Source of the DNA: Vicugna vicugna
Lineage: Eukaryota
Direction: 5' to 3'
DNA length: 64,000 nucleotides
NCBI GenBank assembly: GCA_013265495.1
Contig: MU058016.1
Location: 124,001-188,000, forward strand
Made by a program: the position numbers and the translations under genes
Notes under the pieces: model-generated
Databases searched by the model: none
Told to the model about the DNA's origin: nothing
What the model saw: the letters and a program-made list of their open reading frames with translations, nothing else
In this document: piece by piece, positions 12,595 to 26,789 of the stretch
Position numbering within the stretch: the stretch's first letter is position 1
How the letters are laid out: each line of letters opens with the position of its first letter

Positions 12595-12785
12595 AGTTCA
12601 ATCCTATCATGTACCACCACGGTGGGACTTAGGGAAAGTTACTTAATTTTTCATTTCCTATTTATTTATCTGCAAAATGAAACTAGTAATACTATCTACC
12701 TGAGGATTAAATGAGATAATATACAACTTAGAATAATGCCACATGTAAGTAAGTGCTCAATACATGTTAAATATTGTTATTATTG
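12595..12785 (+). mobile_element. MIR SINE
   Basis: gggaaagttacttaa...tctgcaaaatg...gaggattaaatgagataat...taagtgctcaatacatgtta. Confidence 0.85.
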
Positions 12786-14024
12786 TTTTGTATTTACCTT
12801 CCTCTTTGATTTGTATCTTGAGATTTTACCTGAGAACTATACTTCACATACGTTTTTCCTACATTCATTTAAATAGCACAAGAAAAATGCCTGCTAAATG
12901 TTTAATAGCATTAAAATACTGAACTGTCCAGAGTATCTTCTTAGGGTGTTGTTTTCAGCTGTGAATATCTAACTCATCTTGCTTGTTTCTAACTTGCTAG
13001 AACAAGCTGTGCTGACACCATTTTTAAAAAGAACTTTCTTACTTCTTGAGGACTTTACAACACTGCTGGTTGGTGAGTCTGAATTTTAAACGAAGACCTT
13101 GAAACAAACACAGTCATTTCAGTCCTTGATACAGCTGAGTGAAAGTGCATTCTCTGATTAGCCTGTCAGATTAAATGTGCACCCTGACAATGTAATAAAA
13201 TTAGCCACACATGCCAATGACCTGATACTCATTACAGGTTTTGTCAATTTCTGAAGTTTTAATTCTTTTTGAATTATATTGTGTTTGATATGTTGATGTG
13301 TTTATAATACATCTAGCTGTTTTATTTGAGATGTAATAAGTGTTCACAGTATTTGATTAACTTAATTTATTTTAAAAAGAACCAACCAACTTCTGCTTTA
13401 AGGAGCTTGTAGTCTTGTATGATCTCCAGAGCTGGACCATTTCTTGTATCTTGCAATGGGACTAGAGCCTCTCACCCCTCCATATTTTGGGCCTATCACC
13501 TCTTTTTAGGAAAAAAAATTAACTATACACACTTAGATTTTTTAAAAATTCTTAATTAAGAAGCATTACAAACTCATGTGTGATTGCCTATCCTAAATTC
13601 AAAGGCCCAGGGATCAATGCTATCTAAGGAAAAGAGTGATGTGTGCACCTATTTCTTTCCTGTCTGTTTCCTGCTGTGGGAGCTCAAGGCACGGTCAGCC
13701 CCCAGCATGCCTCATGTCCGACAGAGGGCTAATAGTCGAAAGATGTTTCTAGACCCATTTCTACCATTAGCACACTGTGTGATCACATGCAAGTAATAAA
13801 ATATTCTGTGGGTTTTTTTTAACTTATCAGTGTCAAAAGGCTTGTATAGATAACCTGTCTGCCTGGGTTTAAAATATAATTACAAGTATGAAAGCATTTT
13901 GAAAAGTTAAGTGCTGTGTTAAAGAATACTATCATGAGAATTTTCATTACAAGTATGAAAATTTAATAAACACTTGTAAAGGATTTTGTGCCTATGATTC
14001 AATACAAATAATAAAATGCATAAG

Positions 14025-14210
14025 AGCATAGTGTGGTAGAAAGAAGGTAGATTTATAGCCAGACAAGCTTGGGTTCAGACTTTGGCTCTGTTATTGGCTG
14101 TGTCATTCTTGTCAAAGTTCAGTGTTTCAAATCTCTGTTTCTCCACCTGTAAAATGGGATGATAATACTAGCCTCGTATGGTTGTTGGAAAGATTAATAA
14201 AATATGATAG
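14025..14210 (+). mobile_element. MIR SINE
   Basis: agccagacaagcttgggttcagactttggctctg...ctgtttctccacctgtaaaatgggatgataatac. Confidence 0.85.
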
Positions 14211-14439
14211 TAAACTGTACTCCTCTACTGGTGGAACATCTGAGGAGAGATACACGGCAACATCTATCATATAAAGCGGAAGTATTCTTTGAATAAGCAG
14301 TTCCCCTTTAAAAAAAACTTATCACACTGCCTCACTCAATTACAAAATGATATTACAACCTTGCTTGTTTGTTACAGGGTAGTACAGAGGTTTAGAAACA
14401 ACCTAAACACACAAATATAATGCACTAGCTCAAAAATTC

Positions 14440-14770
14440 ACATCCAACCAAAAGAAAATTACGAAGCTATTAAACAATAAGGAAATTCTTTGTGTACTTA
14501 TATGCAATGATCTTCAAAATAACTTGTTCAGTGAAAAACCAAGGTACAAAAAGAAAAGTATGTAACATACCACCAGTTGTGTTTTTTTTAAAGAAAAATA
14601 TTAGTTTTAATATGCACAAAATATTTCTGTAAGGACTCACAAGGATCATATCACTGGTGACCGCTGAGGAAGGAAACCAGGAGACTGGAGGACAGAGGTG
14701 GGAGGGAGACTCCTTGTGTACTTTTCTATACCTTTCAAATTTTGAACCATCCAATATATTGTCTATTTGA
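14440..14770 (+). mobile_element. Old L1 (L1ME-like) 3' end
   Basis: gactggaggacagaggtgggagggagactcc...tatacctttcaaattttgaaccat. Confidence 0.7.
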
Positions 14771-15102
14771 TAAAGAATGGATGGATGGATGAATCACAAT
14801 ATCTAGCATCAAATAAATGCTGAAAAACTCTTAGCTTTCATTCTTCACTGCTGACCCAAACTCTCCTTTCACCTAAATTATTTTAAAACTAAATGTATAT
14901 TCAGTTTCTTGTAGTAACACCTAAAACTACGATTGTAAATCTAGTACACTTGAAGGAAAAAAAAACAGAAAAAAAAAGAAACAGAAAAAAAACTAAATAG
15001 ATAAATGTTAATCCCTTACTAATTATCTCAATGATTTAAAATATTCAACTTCCTAGTTTAAATACACAGTAAATCTACCAGTTTAAAACAACAACAAAAT
15101 AA

Positions 15103-15128
15103 ATATATATATATATATATATATATAT
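15103..15128. repeat. (TA)n microsatellite
   Basis: Seen directly. Confidence 0.95.
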
Positions 15129-16707
15129 TTCCTGTAGCATCCATTGCAGAAAATGAAATAGAATAATATATCTTTCAACAGATTCTGATTCTTTTTTTAA
15201 AAAAATGGCCCATTTCAAACCCAAAGTGAACTCAAGGACATTAGAAATGGCTCGCGACATCTCTGCACCTCCCAAAAGGGAACAAGATGAAATCTCTTCC
15301 TGCGCAGCCCAAGGTACATCACTGTGTGAATCCAGCCTTCTCTTCCACCTGACCTTTACAGCCACTTTAAAGCTGCAAAAAGAAATTCCCTGATTGAAGC
15401 ACCAACCAGCAAGGAAATGTTCCAGGAAAGAGACAAGGCCAACAAAACTACAAATCCAATAATCCAACCAGTTGGGAGAACGGATAAAATAATTTGATTT
15501 TATTATATTTCCAATTTTTATTCCAATTTGTCTTTATGATTAAAGCAATCTCCCTTTATGTCCACCTTACCATTCTTCACCTCTCTGTTTCCTGGTCCAC
15601 TTTTAGAATCCTTTTGGAGTCTTAAGATACTGGAATAGGTTTGAGCCCATTTGGTATTTTCAATTTCAATTCTCAGGTTACCTGCCTCTTTTGTACATTT
15701 CCATCTTTATGAGTGCTGGTTCTTGTTAAAAAAAAAAATAGAGATATCACTGCTTTGTTTTTCTTTTCATTTCATTTACGACATCTCTCATGTCCCTGAT
15801 GCTCAATGAATGTTTAATCATAAAAATGGGCATAACGTGCTATATATAGCATATATATATATATGACAAGGGTAAATAAAAATCCAAGACAAGGATGTTG
15901 AAGGTGAAGCAGTACAGTCCTACCTTAAGAGCAAAATGAATGGGGAGAAGAGGAGATGCTGTGGGTCCAGAAGAGGGGGAGCTGCTGTGGTCCTACAGGG
16001 CTGGAAAGGTTTCATGAAGGAAGAAGCATTGTTGAGCACTAAAGGATGTGGATAATGGAATGAAGAGGTAAGGACATCTCAGATGGGAGAGAGCGTGAGG
16101 AAAGGTATGGGAAATGGAAAATCTAAACCACATTTGGCCAGGAACTGTTGGTTTGGAGCAAAATTTTCAGAAGTGTGGACCATGTAACATCAGAGGTGCG
16201 AAATGATTTTAGCTGATATATTTTAATAGTTAAAAACCACACATGGAAGGAGATGCCAGACTTAACCTGAAACAAGCAAGGGTAAGGAATTCCATGTCCA
16301 GCACCTGCGTTCTGTAGTTAGTGTTCCATCTGCACACCTCACGTCCCTCAGGAGGTCCCCCAGAGTCCTCAGCACCCATGTAAATACAGGGTCCAAGGAA
16401 ACTGTGGTGGAGTGCAGCAATAAAAGAATCCTAGGACTTGAATAGCCATTGTGCTTTATTTCCCCTGTTACTGAGGCACTTCACACCTCCCTACCCTACT
16501 CTGCCTGGGAAGGAGGCCAGGTGAGGGCTGTCACCCAGACTGAAGACAGGGGCCATGAAGGTGCAGACAGGTCCCAGCTATAAGCCAAGGGACTCAGGGT
16601 AGTAAATTTATTTCAGTTTTAAAAGTGAGTCATCTTGGGAAAAAAACTAAAAGTAATAATTTATAATTATAAGAAGTTCCCACATACTGCAAAAATCACA
16701 AAGGTGA

Positions 16708-17137
16708 TATTAAGTATCTAGGGCTGCCACAACAAAGTACCACAAATTGAGTGGCTTGACAACAGAAATTGTCTCAGTTCTGGAAGATAGACTTTCAAAA
16801 TGAAGTTGTTAGCAAGGCTGGTTCCTTCTGAGGGTTGTGAAGGAGATCTGTTCCATGCTTCTCTCCCAGCTTCTGAGAGCCTCAGACATTTCTGGTCTTG
16901 TAAATGGCCTCTCCTCATGTCTTCACATCATCTTCCCTCTATCCATGTCTGTCTCTGTGTGCAAATATTTCTTTTTTATAAGGACACCAGTCATATTGGA
17001 TCACGGTCCACCTTAACAGCCTTGTTTTAACTGGATCACCCTCGTAAAGACCCTATTTCCACATAAGGTCACATTCTGTGGTACCGGAGAACTTCAATAC
17101 ATCTCTTGGACGAGGAGGCACAATTCATCCAATAACA
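16708..17137 (-). mobile_element. MLT1B/C-like LTR nested in a hAT-Charlie-type remnant
   Basis: ctagggctgccacaacaaagtaccacaaattgagtggctt...aaggacaccagtcatattggat...cacaattcatccaataaca. The flanks (aaaagtgagt...gcaaaaatcacaaaggtg | tgactgaagtttgggtagcactg) look like one Charlie-type element. Confidence 0.85.
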
Positions 17138-17408
17138 AAGGAGTGACTTGAGTGACTGAAGTTTGGGTAGCACTGGCCCAATGGAAACTGTCCATCCTGT
17201 CTTTGCTTCATTTAAGCACAGGTGTGCTATTGTTTAGCTCTGCTATCTTGGCAAGTCATTCAACCTTCTGTATTTTGTTTTCTCATTTATAACACTTAGA
17301 AATTGAACTAGATCAGGGGCTACTAAGTTCTCTGCATTTTATACAGTATTAAAGTTTCAAAGAACAAAAGGAGACATGACAGAGGGCTTAAAACTTAATT
17401 TTGTAAAA

Positions 17409-17813
17409 TGTGGCAGGGACTGGCTAGTTTGTCACTAATCCTGCTTCTTCTTCCTCCTGAGCACAGAGCTAACCTGTATTTCCACACTTTACATGCTGTT
17501 AAGTTTGGCCCTGTAGTGAGTTCTGGCCAATGAAGTGGGAATAGAAGTGATGTGCTCCAGTTCCAGGCGTGGCTAATCAAAGCCTCTCTCCTGAAATCAT
17601 TTTTTCTCTTTCTACATTTGCCAGCTAGATGGAGAAGACTTTGGGGATCTAGATGAGTGCAGAGCCACAAAAAGGAAGGATCTTGGGTCCCTGAATGAAC
17701 ATGAGTAATTCTTCCTATGTTCAGATTGTACTTGAGGAAAACATGAAATGTGTTGGGTGAATCCATTGTTATCTGGGAATTACAGCAGCTGTCATCACTT
17801 ACCCTAACATATA
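17409..17813 (+). mobile_element. MLT1J-like LTR
   Basis: tgtggcagggactggctag...gagttctggccaatgaagtgggaatagaagtgatgtg...cttgggtccctgaatga. Confidence 0.85.
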
Positions 17814-18089
17814 TACTAAGGAAGAATATTTTTAAAAAATCATCTACTATCACAAAGAAAGGACATTTTAATATCAAAACTGCAGGAAGCATGCAATCTT
17901 AGAAACAGGATCAGTCCTTCAGATTGAAAAGGTAGCTCTCTGAAACACTCCTTGCCTTGAACCTGATTTTTCTCACTTCACCATGAATGAGTAAAAATGC
18001 TGTTATTGACAGTCATGGGTCCATGAACCAACATTGCAGCTCTGGGACAGATGACTCTCCATTCAATATGAACTCAAGCAACAGCCTGA

Positions 18090-18460
18090 ATTCACCTGCT
18101 CAAGTAAAGTTGTCAGGAAGCAGCCTTTCCCCATCTCATGGCTGTGCCATCCTCTGTGTTGCTTCATTTCCAGCGGCATGGTTCTCATGGGGGCTTCATT
18201 TCTCCAGGCTATCATGAGCATAGCTCCAAGTCCAGAGAGAAGAAAAGCCTGTTGGTCCCTGAAAAGCCCCACGATCAGTTTTCACTACATCAGTGTGTGC
18301 CACGTGCCCACCCCATCCAGATATGGCAGCCAGGAGGACAGTATGTGTCTGTGGCCAGGCTGGGGTCACATCCAGGACTGGCTCCTCAAGAAAAATGTGT
18401 GTGTTCTGTTACCCAAAGAAAGGAGGACGAGTTCCATGAGGCCAAAACAGCAGATACTAC
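18090..18460 (-). mobile_element. Old MLT1 (K/L-like) LTR fragment
   Basis: ggcttcatttctccaggct...cacgtgcccaccccatcc...tgtggccaggctggggtcaca. Confidence 0.55.
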
Positions 18461-19744
18461 TACAACTCCCAATGCCTCTCCAGCTCTGAAATCCTGTTTG
18501 TCACTGGGGCAATCTGACATGAAGAAACTTAGGGAATATCATAGTAGCCTATGGCTTTTCTCACAGTTGGGCAACAAGATGCTTCAGAAAACCTTACACA
18601 AGAATTCCGCCCAGCTTTGTGGTGGGATTTAAAACAAAACATGGGGAAAGGATTGGTTTTCAATGAAGCACTTTGAAGATCAAGACAAAATAAATAATGA
18701 TCAAGCAGGGAACATATTTCAAATAAAATAAAATGTGTTCTTATCCATACCAAGATAAAAGTAGATGCCAAATTCTTGGGTAGGCTTATCGATTGAAAAT
18801 GTGAGCTTTGTTTTTCACAAGTAGTGCAAGAACAAATGAGATGAATTTGGGATAATTAATAACTTAGTTTCTCCATCTATCATATTTTTACATGCTGTTG
18901 GTATCATTCCATCTGTGAGAAAAGAATCAAAATACAGACATCCAGTACTTAGTATAATCAAGACCACACAATTTTTTTCTTCTCCTAAATCTATTGCCCT
19001 CCTTACTTCTTCACTTGGTCAGTTTTTGTTTAATTAAGTGTGCTTTTACTTTATCCAGATTAATACAAAGTTTCAGTCTTTCAATCCAAGTCTGATAGAA
19101 TTTAGTATCTCTCAAAATCTTTTGAAAGACCTGTGCCATCATTTTGGTTTCTTTTATCCTGATTATACCAGGATGCTGGATTTATTTTTCTATTTCTAAT
19201 AACCTAGCCTTGCTTCATAAAATGCAACCCAGCATCTATCTTCTGAAAAAACTGGACAATGAAGAATTTTCTCATCTAGTTCAGATAAAAACCACAATAT
19301 TATTCTCCATTCCCCAGTGTTTTTCAGGCTATTTTTCTTTTCATCTCTGTTGTCATTAATTCAGTCAAGAGTCCTTCAGTATGAATTCTCAACATAGTAA
19401 TAGATTTGTTTCTGTTCTTCTGTCCATACTTTTCTCTCTCAGGTAAACATGAAGGCCAATTCCTGTCTTTATTGCTTCAAGGTTAACCCACCCTGAATCA
19501 CCATGTAACACTGTATTTTCATTTTTTTGTCCCTCAAAAAGAGAAAAAAGTCTATAGTCCCACACATTCACTTGCTATCTCTAATGTATGATAACATCTG
19601 AGTCAACTTCTGTTTTAGAAATAAAGTGTTCATAATTATTAAGACGAAGGTCAAATGTAAAAATAAAATTGAGGTTTTTTTCTAAAGTGTCATGACATTT
19701 TTAAAGTATTGTCAACAATCAAGGCACTCAGTCAAACACTGAAA

Positions 19745-19842
19745 TGTTTTAATTGAAATGTAGTCAGTTTACAACGTTGTGTCATTTCTGGTGTACAGCA
19801 TAATGTTTCAGTCCTACATACACATACATACATTCTTTTTAA
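19745..19842 (-). mobile_element. Short L1 3' end
   Basis: ttaattgaaatgtagtcagtttacaacgttgtgtcatttctggtgtacagcataatgtttcagtc. Confidence 0.9.
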
Positions 19843-19852
19843 AATTCTTAAC

Positions 19853-20260
19853 CATTCATTCTTTTAACAAATATTTATTGGCTCCCTGAATGTGCCCTTC
19901 ATTATGATTTAGATGCTGAGGACAGAGCACTAAACCAAACATTAGATCCTGCTCTTCTAGACGTTACATTCCAGAGAAGGAGGCAGGAAATAAACACATC
20001 AGCAACAGTAAAATGTCATGTTGTGAGAAACAAACTGAATAAAGAGGTGGAAAGTGACCAGAACACTGACAGAAGTCCTCTCTGAGGACACAGCAAGAGC
20101 AGGAGCCCTTGCGAAGGAGCCAAAGACAAACACGCTATGGAGGTGTGTGGGGACAACCTTCAAGGCAGAAGGAACACACACACATGCACAAGTCTACAGG
20201 CTGGGCAGGGTTCCCCAAGCTCAGGGGTTAGAAAGGAGGCCAGTGTGGCTGGATCATTAT
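19853..20260 (-). mobile_element. L2 LINE 3' end
   Basis: cattcattcttttaacaaatatttattg...aggaggccagtgtggctgga. Confidence 0.85.
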
Positions 20261-20924
20261 TTTCACTGACCTCAGTGATAACCATTAAACCCACTATAGA
20301 GACATTATTTCTTGTGTCCAGTGCACCATTTTAATTTCCTGGGATGTAATCCTTGACTTTAGTAACGACTTATTTTTCTCATGAAATAGGTAGTTTTGAA
20401 TTTTCTGAATGAGTCTGTCTTTAACACTGGAGAAGTCTTTTGACAGTCAACGTATTGAAAGCATCTGCTACCACTCCAGTGGTCAGGAAGAGTTAATACA
20501 ACTCCCAAAATGTCCAGTTTACTGCCAAGAAATGCTGTATACCCTGAGAGAATCTGGCAGGGTATTTGCAGCCATCTGGTATTTAAAACAAAACCCATAG
20601 CACAGAACTGGACACTATTTTAAAAACATCATACAACTAATCTAGGGTTTAAAAGCACACATCCATTGAACTTGCTAATCTTTGCCTTTCAAGTGCCCTG
20701 ATTTTAATAACATTTCAAACTGTCTAACAAAATGTCATGTAAAAAGGACGGAAGGGGGAGGGCACGATTATCTCTTTTGAGCTCAGCAGGATCTCAGTAT
20801 ATGTTCCATCTGCTTCCTTTAAGCACTGGGCCAGTTAGGAACCAGCCAATCTGAAGAAGACAAAACACTGTGGCTCTGCGGCGACTGGGAAAAGAGGTTT
20901 TCTTGGCAAGGAATGGGCTAATCA

Positions 20925-21160
20925 TTGAGAGGATAGACTTTAACATCAGAAGACTGGAGTACAAATTCTAGGCTGCCACTCACTGGCATAAGACCTCAGT
21001 CCCGAGGCACCTTACCTAACCTCTCCAAGCTTCACTTTTCAGCAACGATAGAAAAGGATATAACTACTTATTTGACTTGTTGTGAGAATTAAATACGAGA
21101 ATGAGTATAAAGTGTGTGATATCTAGTAGTTTTTTAACAATAGCAGGTGCCATTTTCATT
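20925..21160 (+). mobile_element. MIR SINE
   Basis: ttacctaacctctccaagcttcac...gttgtgagaattaaatacgagaatg. Confidence 0.75.
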
Positions 21161-22327
21161 AATCTTAATAATAAACTTCATTTTTCAGGTGAGTAGAGGA
21201 AACCTACTAAGCAATTCCCCATTCCCATAGACATATGGCAGGTGCTGAGGGTTTCTAAGTCCACCAACCTAACAAGGCCATCTTGCACCAGCTCAGCTAC
21301 TATCCTGTCCCCCTTATCTAAGGCTAGGGACCTCAGCGGGACCATTGCATTGGGGTCCCATTGATGAGGGACTTCAGATTTAGACATGTTAGATAAATAC
21401 CTTGCAGGGTGAATCCAACACAACCATCTTACTGCCCTATGCCTTCTCTCCAAGGGTCTCCTGGATTCCCAAGAGAGAGAAAAAGCAGTTGGTAGCAACT
21501 TCCCTTCCCCACCAATTCTTAGATAAGCCTAGGTATCTGGCGATCTCACAGTTTGAAATAAATAAAAAAATACAGCAGCTGCTTCTCACACAGTAAAAAG
21601 ATCTAGAGTACCCTGCCCTAGATATGGTGAAAAACACCTGACATTTATAAATAATTTCAGATATTCATCACTTGATGGCGCTATTCGCTGTTTGAAACGT
21701 AACAGTAACAGCCAACTAGCTTTATTTAAAAAAAAAAAAGAATTTCTTCTAATCAAAACAGACTCTACTAAAATGCCAGATTTCTTACAAAGAAAGAATC
21801 CAGTACTTGAAACATTAATTTAAAGCAAGAACACGGAGAAAAATAATTCCTAGGCATTTTGAAGATCCCTCTACTTGGTGCTTACGCCTTCCGGACCCCT
21901 GAGGATGGGCCTCTGAAGGCTAGATCTCAGCACCCACCCCAGTGGGCTCAGCCTTCAGATCTAGCTTCCTCTGCCTGGAGCTGAGAACACTAACAGGGAA
22001 GCCTCAAGTCACTGGCTGTCTCTTGTTGGCCTGGATCCCAAGGCTTTATCCCCAGTTTAGTGATAGGTTGTCTGGAAAGACCTCCTTAGGAGAACCTGTC
22101 AAGGGAATGTCCTTGGGCCACTGGAAACACTCGCACTTATGGCAATGGCACAGAGTCCACCCCCACAGCTGCCAGAGCTTCTGCCTCTCTCTGACCTCAC
22201 CTGCTGCTACTCTGCTCCTTACTTCTTCCCCGCAGCCTCCTGTCCTCTCAGTTCTTCTCACACAACCCGCTCTTACCTGCCTCAAGTCTGAGCACATGCC
22301 GTTCCTTCTAATTAGAATGCTTTTCCC

Positions 22328-22510
22328 CAGAACCAGCTACATACTTTGCAGGGCCCAGGGCAAAATTCAAATGCAGGCAGGTGTTGTGGTTCAAAACTTG
22401 GTAAGAATTTAAAGATGGAGACAGCAGAACTCTCTATTAAGCTCAAAACCCTTCTAAGCACAGGGCACTGAGCACCTGCACAGATTTTACACCCACCATA
22501 GCTGGCCCTG
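22328..22510 (-). mobile_element. MER45A-like hAT-Tip100 DNA transposon, inserted in an L2 fragment (~22200-22810)
   Basis: Terminal inverted repeats cagaaccagc.../...gctggccctg; near-perfect 8-bp TSD cttttccc / ctttttcc. Confidence 0.85.
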
Positions 22511-23166
22511 CTTTTTCCTCCGCTCTTCACATGGCCAGCTCATCAGCACTAAGGTCATGATTTCTAGGTACTCTCCTTCCATTCCTTTTTTATTTTCTTT
22601 ACAGCACTTATCACAATTTTAGGTTTTAATTACTTAATGAGCTTACTTTTTTGGACCTATCCCCCCGCGCCCAACAACAAACCCCTTTTTAAACTGTAAG
22701 CCCCATATGCCAGAGGCTATGTCTACTCTTGGCCACAGTTGGATGCTCAATGTCTCCAACTGTGTCTGGCTTATTTGACACTCTATAAATACATGTTGCA
22801 TGGATGGATTAATTTATACTCCTCTGCTTTCTGCTTAAAATGACTTTTAATATTGGAATTTTCAGTGCCTAAAAAAATCACTTGTGACATGTCAGAAAGA
22901 AAGCAAGGATCTGGAAGAGTGATCCAGGCTGGAGTTGAGTCAGTGCAGTGTTGCTGTCTCCCTGCTTCCTCTAAGCTCCCAGATATGGCTTGCTTTCTGG
23001 AATCATTTCATTGTTTTTATGACTTCTGATCTACCCAAACATTCATATTTTTCTTGCATAAAAGAAACTTCTTAGTCACTCGGTGAGGTATATTTAGAAA
23101 AGAAGATGTGTATCATGATGTCTCTATGGGAGAAGTGAATGAGGAGTTATCCTGACACCTGTCTGG

Positions 23167-23602
23167 TGTCATGGGCACTACGACACTAATCTGAGACTGA
23201 CCACACCCAGTCAGCACAGACCCCACAGGTGCAAGGGCATCGCTCCCAAAAAGAGTCAGATGCCAAAGGCAAGTGGAATTCCCCAGGCTGGCTACCCACT
23301 CAACCTGAGTTCTCTGAGGAGAAGAGGACAGACCCCTCAGGCAGGTTTGAAATGACTTGAGAGAGGAAAGAAAGGAGGCTGGCCTGGGTTCTTATAATGG
23401 TTAGTGGGTGGGGTGAGTACTCGCATGCCTGCAAAGGGATCTGTGTAATTTGAATCGTCTATTATGAGTGCCAAAGGAGGGAACACCAGATTTTCCTACA
23501 GCTTGTCCCGATGTATGGTACAACAGGAAGAGGGAGGGGTGAGGCTTAAAAGGGATCAGTAGTCAAACATCAAGATATGGAGTCAGATCTCTTTTACTTA
23601 CA
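23167..23602 (-). mobile_element. MER21C-like ERVL LTR (internally deleted)
   Basis: The minus strand begins tgtagtaaaagagatctgactccatatcttgatgtttgact; it also contains cacagaccccacagg...aaggg. Confidence 0.75.
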
Positions 23603-23659
23603 CTATAATAGATTGTGCCATAGTCCCCCACGTACACATCACAGAGCTCCAAAAATTAC

Positions 23660-26530
23660 CATGTAATTTTTTGTTTCTTCTAAACTTCTTCTCTCTTCCC
23701 CTCTCCCACCAGATTATTTAAGGTAAACCCTAACCATCAGACCATTTTGTTTGTAAATAATTTACTGTATATCTCCAAAATACAGACTTTCCTTTTGAAA
23801 TCTAACCACAGTTCCATCATAAGACCTAAAAAATTAGCAATAATTCCTTAATATCATCAAATATCCATCCCATGTTCATATTTCCACAATTGGACTATAA
23901 ATATCATTTTTTAAGTTTCTTTTGTTGGAATTTGGATCTAAAGAACAAAATTACAATCAGCTAACATGACTTTTAAGTCTGTAATAATTTATAGCTCCCT
24001 ACTATAATTATGTTTTCCTTGAAACTTTATTGCTGAAGAAACCAGGGTGTTTGTCTTAACGGAGTTTCCCAGTCTACCTCATATTCTCAAGGTGTCTTTT
24101 TAACATGTTTCTGTCTCTTTATTTCCTGTAAGTTGATAATAATATCTAGAAGCCTAATCTTATTCAGCTTTGATTATTTATTTATTTATTTAGGCAAGAC
24201 TACGTCATCAGAGTTGCTTTATGCTTCCATTAGAAGGAATATGATATCTGGTTGCCTTTCTTCATGTGCTGTTAGGACCATTGATAGTAGGTTCACGGGT
24301 CCATTAATTCATTAAAGGTTGTAAAATGATGATTTCCTAATTCTCATTCCTTTTTGATTAGTTAATATACTTTTATAGGGAGGAAATTCTCTTTATCAAC
24401 CACTTGGTTACTCTGAGGTGTGGTCCTTGTGGGAAAAATACAATAAATGATTGATTCTTTCCCTATATTTATCATTATTTAGAATGAGTTGGTGCTCTTG
24501 TATCCTGAAAGGCAATTTCTACGTTTACTGGAGGCTTTTTAAAAATATTGTTTTAAACTGATGTATTTTAATATATTTGATTCTATTATTCTTATTCATT
24601 ATAAAATTTTCAAACTTTAAACCAGTGAGGATCAATTCATGTTGGCTCTGGAGTTCCTCTGACACAATCTCAGTAGTCTTTGATGGCATTCTTGTTTGTT
24701 ATGACAAAGCTAGTTTTGAATGTTTCCTTGAAGCAGATACTTTTCAAAGATTCCCTGTTCCTTCAGTGGAAATTGGTACTTAGATATCACAATCTAATAG
24801 CTAAAAGTATTCACTGCTGTTGGGTTGGTTGTACAATTATCTTATGTTCCTTTTTTGTGCTTGCATTCTTATTTCAGATTGATTATTTAAACTCAAAACC
24901 CCAGTTTCAATATTTTCATAGTTTCAGCAGTACTTTAACATCCTTTTGGTGGTTGCCAGAGGTCATAATAATTATCTTTGACTTAGCAAAGTCTAATATA
25001 AAAAATATTTTATCTCCTCCCAGATAATGGAAAGAACTTACAACCATTTAACTCCATTCATGCCTTCTCTCAACTTAAATTGTCTTACATAATTTAAAAG
25101 TATATGTATTTTATTTTTATGTTTAAATAGTATTAGTATTTCATATGGTCAGTATTTATTTAGATTTATCCCTTTCAGTGCTCATTTCTTCCTGCATCTC
25201 TAAGCTTTTATTTGGGATCTTTTTCTACCTGAGTAACTCTACTATTTCCTTTTTCCTTTAGTGCAGATCTTCTGGTGTTGATTCCTATCAGTTTTTATTT
25301 GTCTGAAAGAGTCTTTATCTAATCTTCATTTTCTCCAGGTTTGAAGTTATTTTCTTTCAGTAATTTGGAAAACAATATTCACTATCTTCTGGAGTCCACT
25401 GTTCTTCTAATTTTTACCTTTGTATTCTGACTACTTTAAAAAATATTTTTGTCTTTCTCATTTCTTTTCAGTGATTTTACCATGATGTCTCTAGGTGTGA
25501 TTTTCTTTATATCTACCTTGCTTAAGGAGATGCTTCTTAAATCTATGGCTTGATGTCTTTTATCAGCTTTGGAAAAATCTTTAGCCATTATCTCTTCCAA
25601 TATTTCTTCTGCCCTTTTTCTCCTGCTACTGTAACCTTAACAAAATATATATTACTTTTTTAATATCTTCTTTGTGTCTTTCATTTTTTCAGTATTTCCA
25701 ATCTTTTGTTCTTTTGTGCTTTATTCTAGATATTTTCTTCTGAACTACTGCTCTGTTTTTTAATTCTCCCTTCAGTGGTCTGTGATCTTCTGTTAAGTCC
25801 AAACTTTGAATCATTAATTTCAGCTATTGTATTTCACATTTATTTTCATTTCATTTCCAGTCCTTTGTAAACGTTCTAGATCTTGTCCTTTATTTCTTTA
25901 ATCAAATGATACATGTAGTTTTGAATTCTATTATCTAGACCCTCTATGGATCTGTTTCTGTTTGTACTTTTTACTAATACTGTCTAGTTAACTCATATGC
26001 CTTTTTGATCAAGTACCAGATAATGTAAATTAAAAATAATAGATGTAACTTGAGGCCTATGATGATGTTATCTGTCTCCAAAGAGAATTCACCTTTACCT
26101 CTGGTAAGGACTATGAACACTACAATTCTGGATTTGCTTAATAAAATAAGGGATTGAAATATTTGAAGCTTGGCTTCAGCACCTAAAAGCACTAATTTTT
26201 ATACACCCTTACTTGGGTAATGGATGGATTTATGGGTTGCCAGCCCAATCCCTAGAAGATTATCAGGGACCCCCTTCCTCCCACTTTTTCCCCCAACCAC
26301 ATGAGTCTTCTTGAAATACCTATTCAGCTTTTCAGGTTCTCAATCAACATTACTGGATTTGGAAAATATCCTTGTGGGAAAATCAGCCCAAAATTCTGAG
26401 CTCATCTCTCTGGATTTATGTATTCTGAATCTGAGTCCCATAATTTTTTGCAGTCTTGGTAGCTCTTTACCGTAAGATTATTTTCATATTTTGTCCAACC
26501 ATTTTTACATTCTTAAAGCTAGTCCAAATT
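23660..26530 (-). mobile_element. Cluster of old L1 fragments (L1MC-like 3' end, then more 5' L1 sequence)
   Basis: aataattccttaatatcatcaaatatcc; T-rich stretch with tttggaaaaatctttagccattatctcttccaatatttcttctgccc. Confidence 0.75.
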
Positions 26531-26789
26531 ACCTATTCTGCCTTTATTGGAAGCCAAAGGCTGATGTCTAGCTTTTAGATTCCTCGCACAGTTAGAGTAA
26601 AAGTTAACTAAAGTTGTTTTGTCTGTGAACTAAAAGAGTACTCAAAAGTTTTAAATCTGAAAAACCGGTGGTAAATGACATGATTTTAGGTGACAGACTT
26701 TTTATTTTAATAATTATGTACTGATTTTTATAATTACCTTTTCTTTGAGGAAAGGTAAAAAATGAGTTGACTTAAAGAAAAATAATAAT

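Noticed and set aside
17395..18632. Longest ORFs of the track (165 and 164 aa), and similar ones at 34290-34781, 43162-43626 and 21942-22412
   Set aside because: They overlap MLT1/L2 remnants or have no recognisable protein similarity or exon structure; this length is expected by chance.
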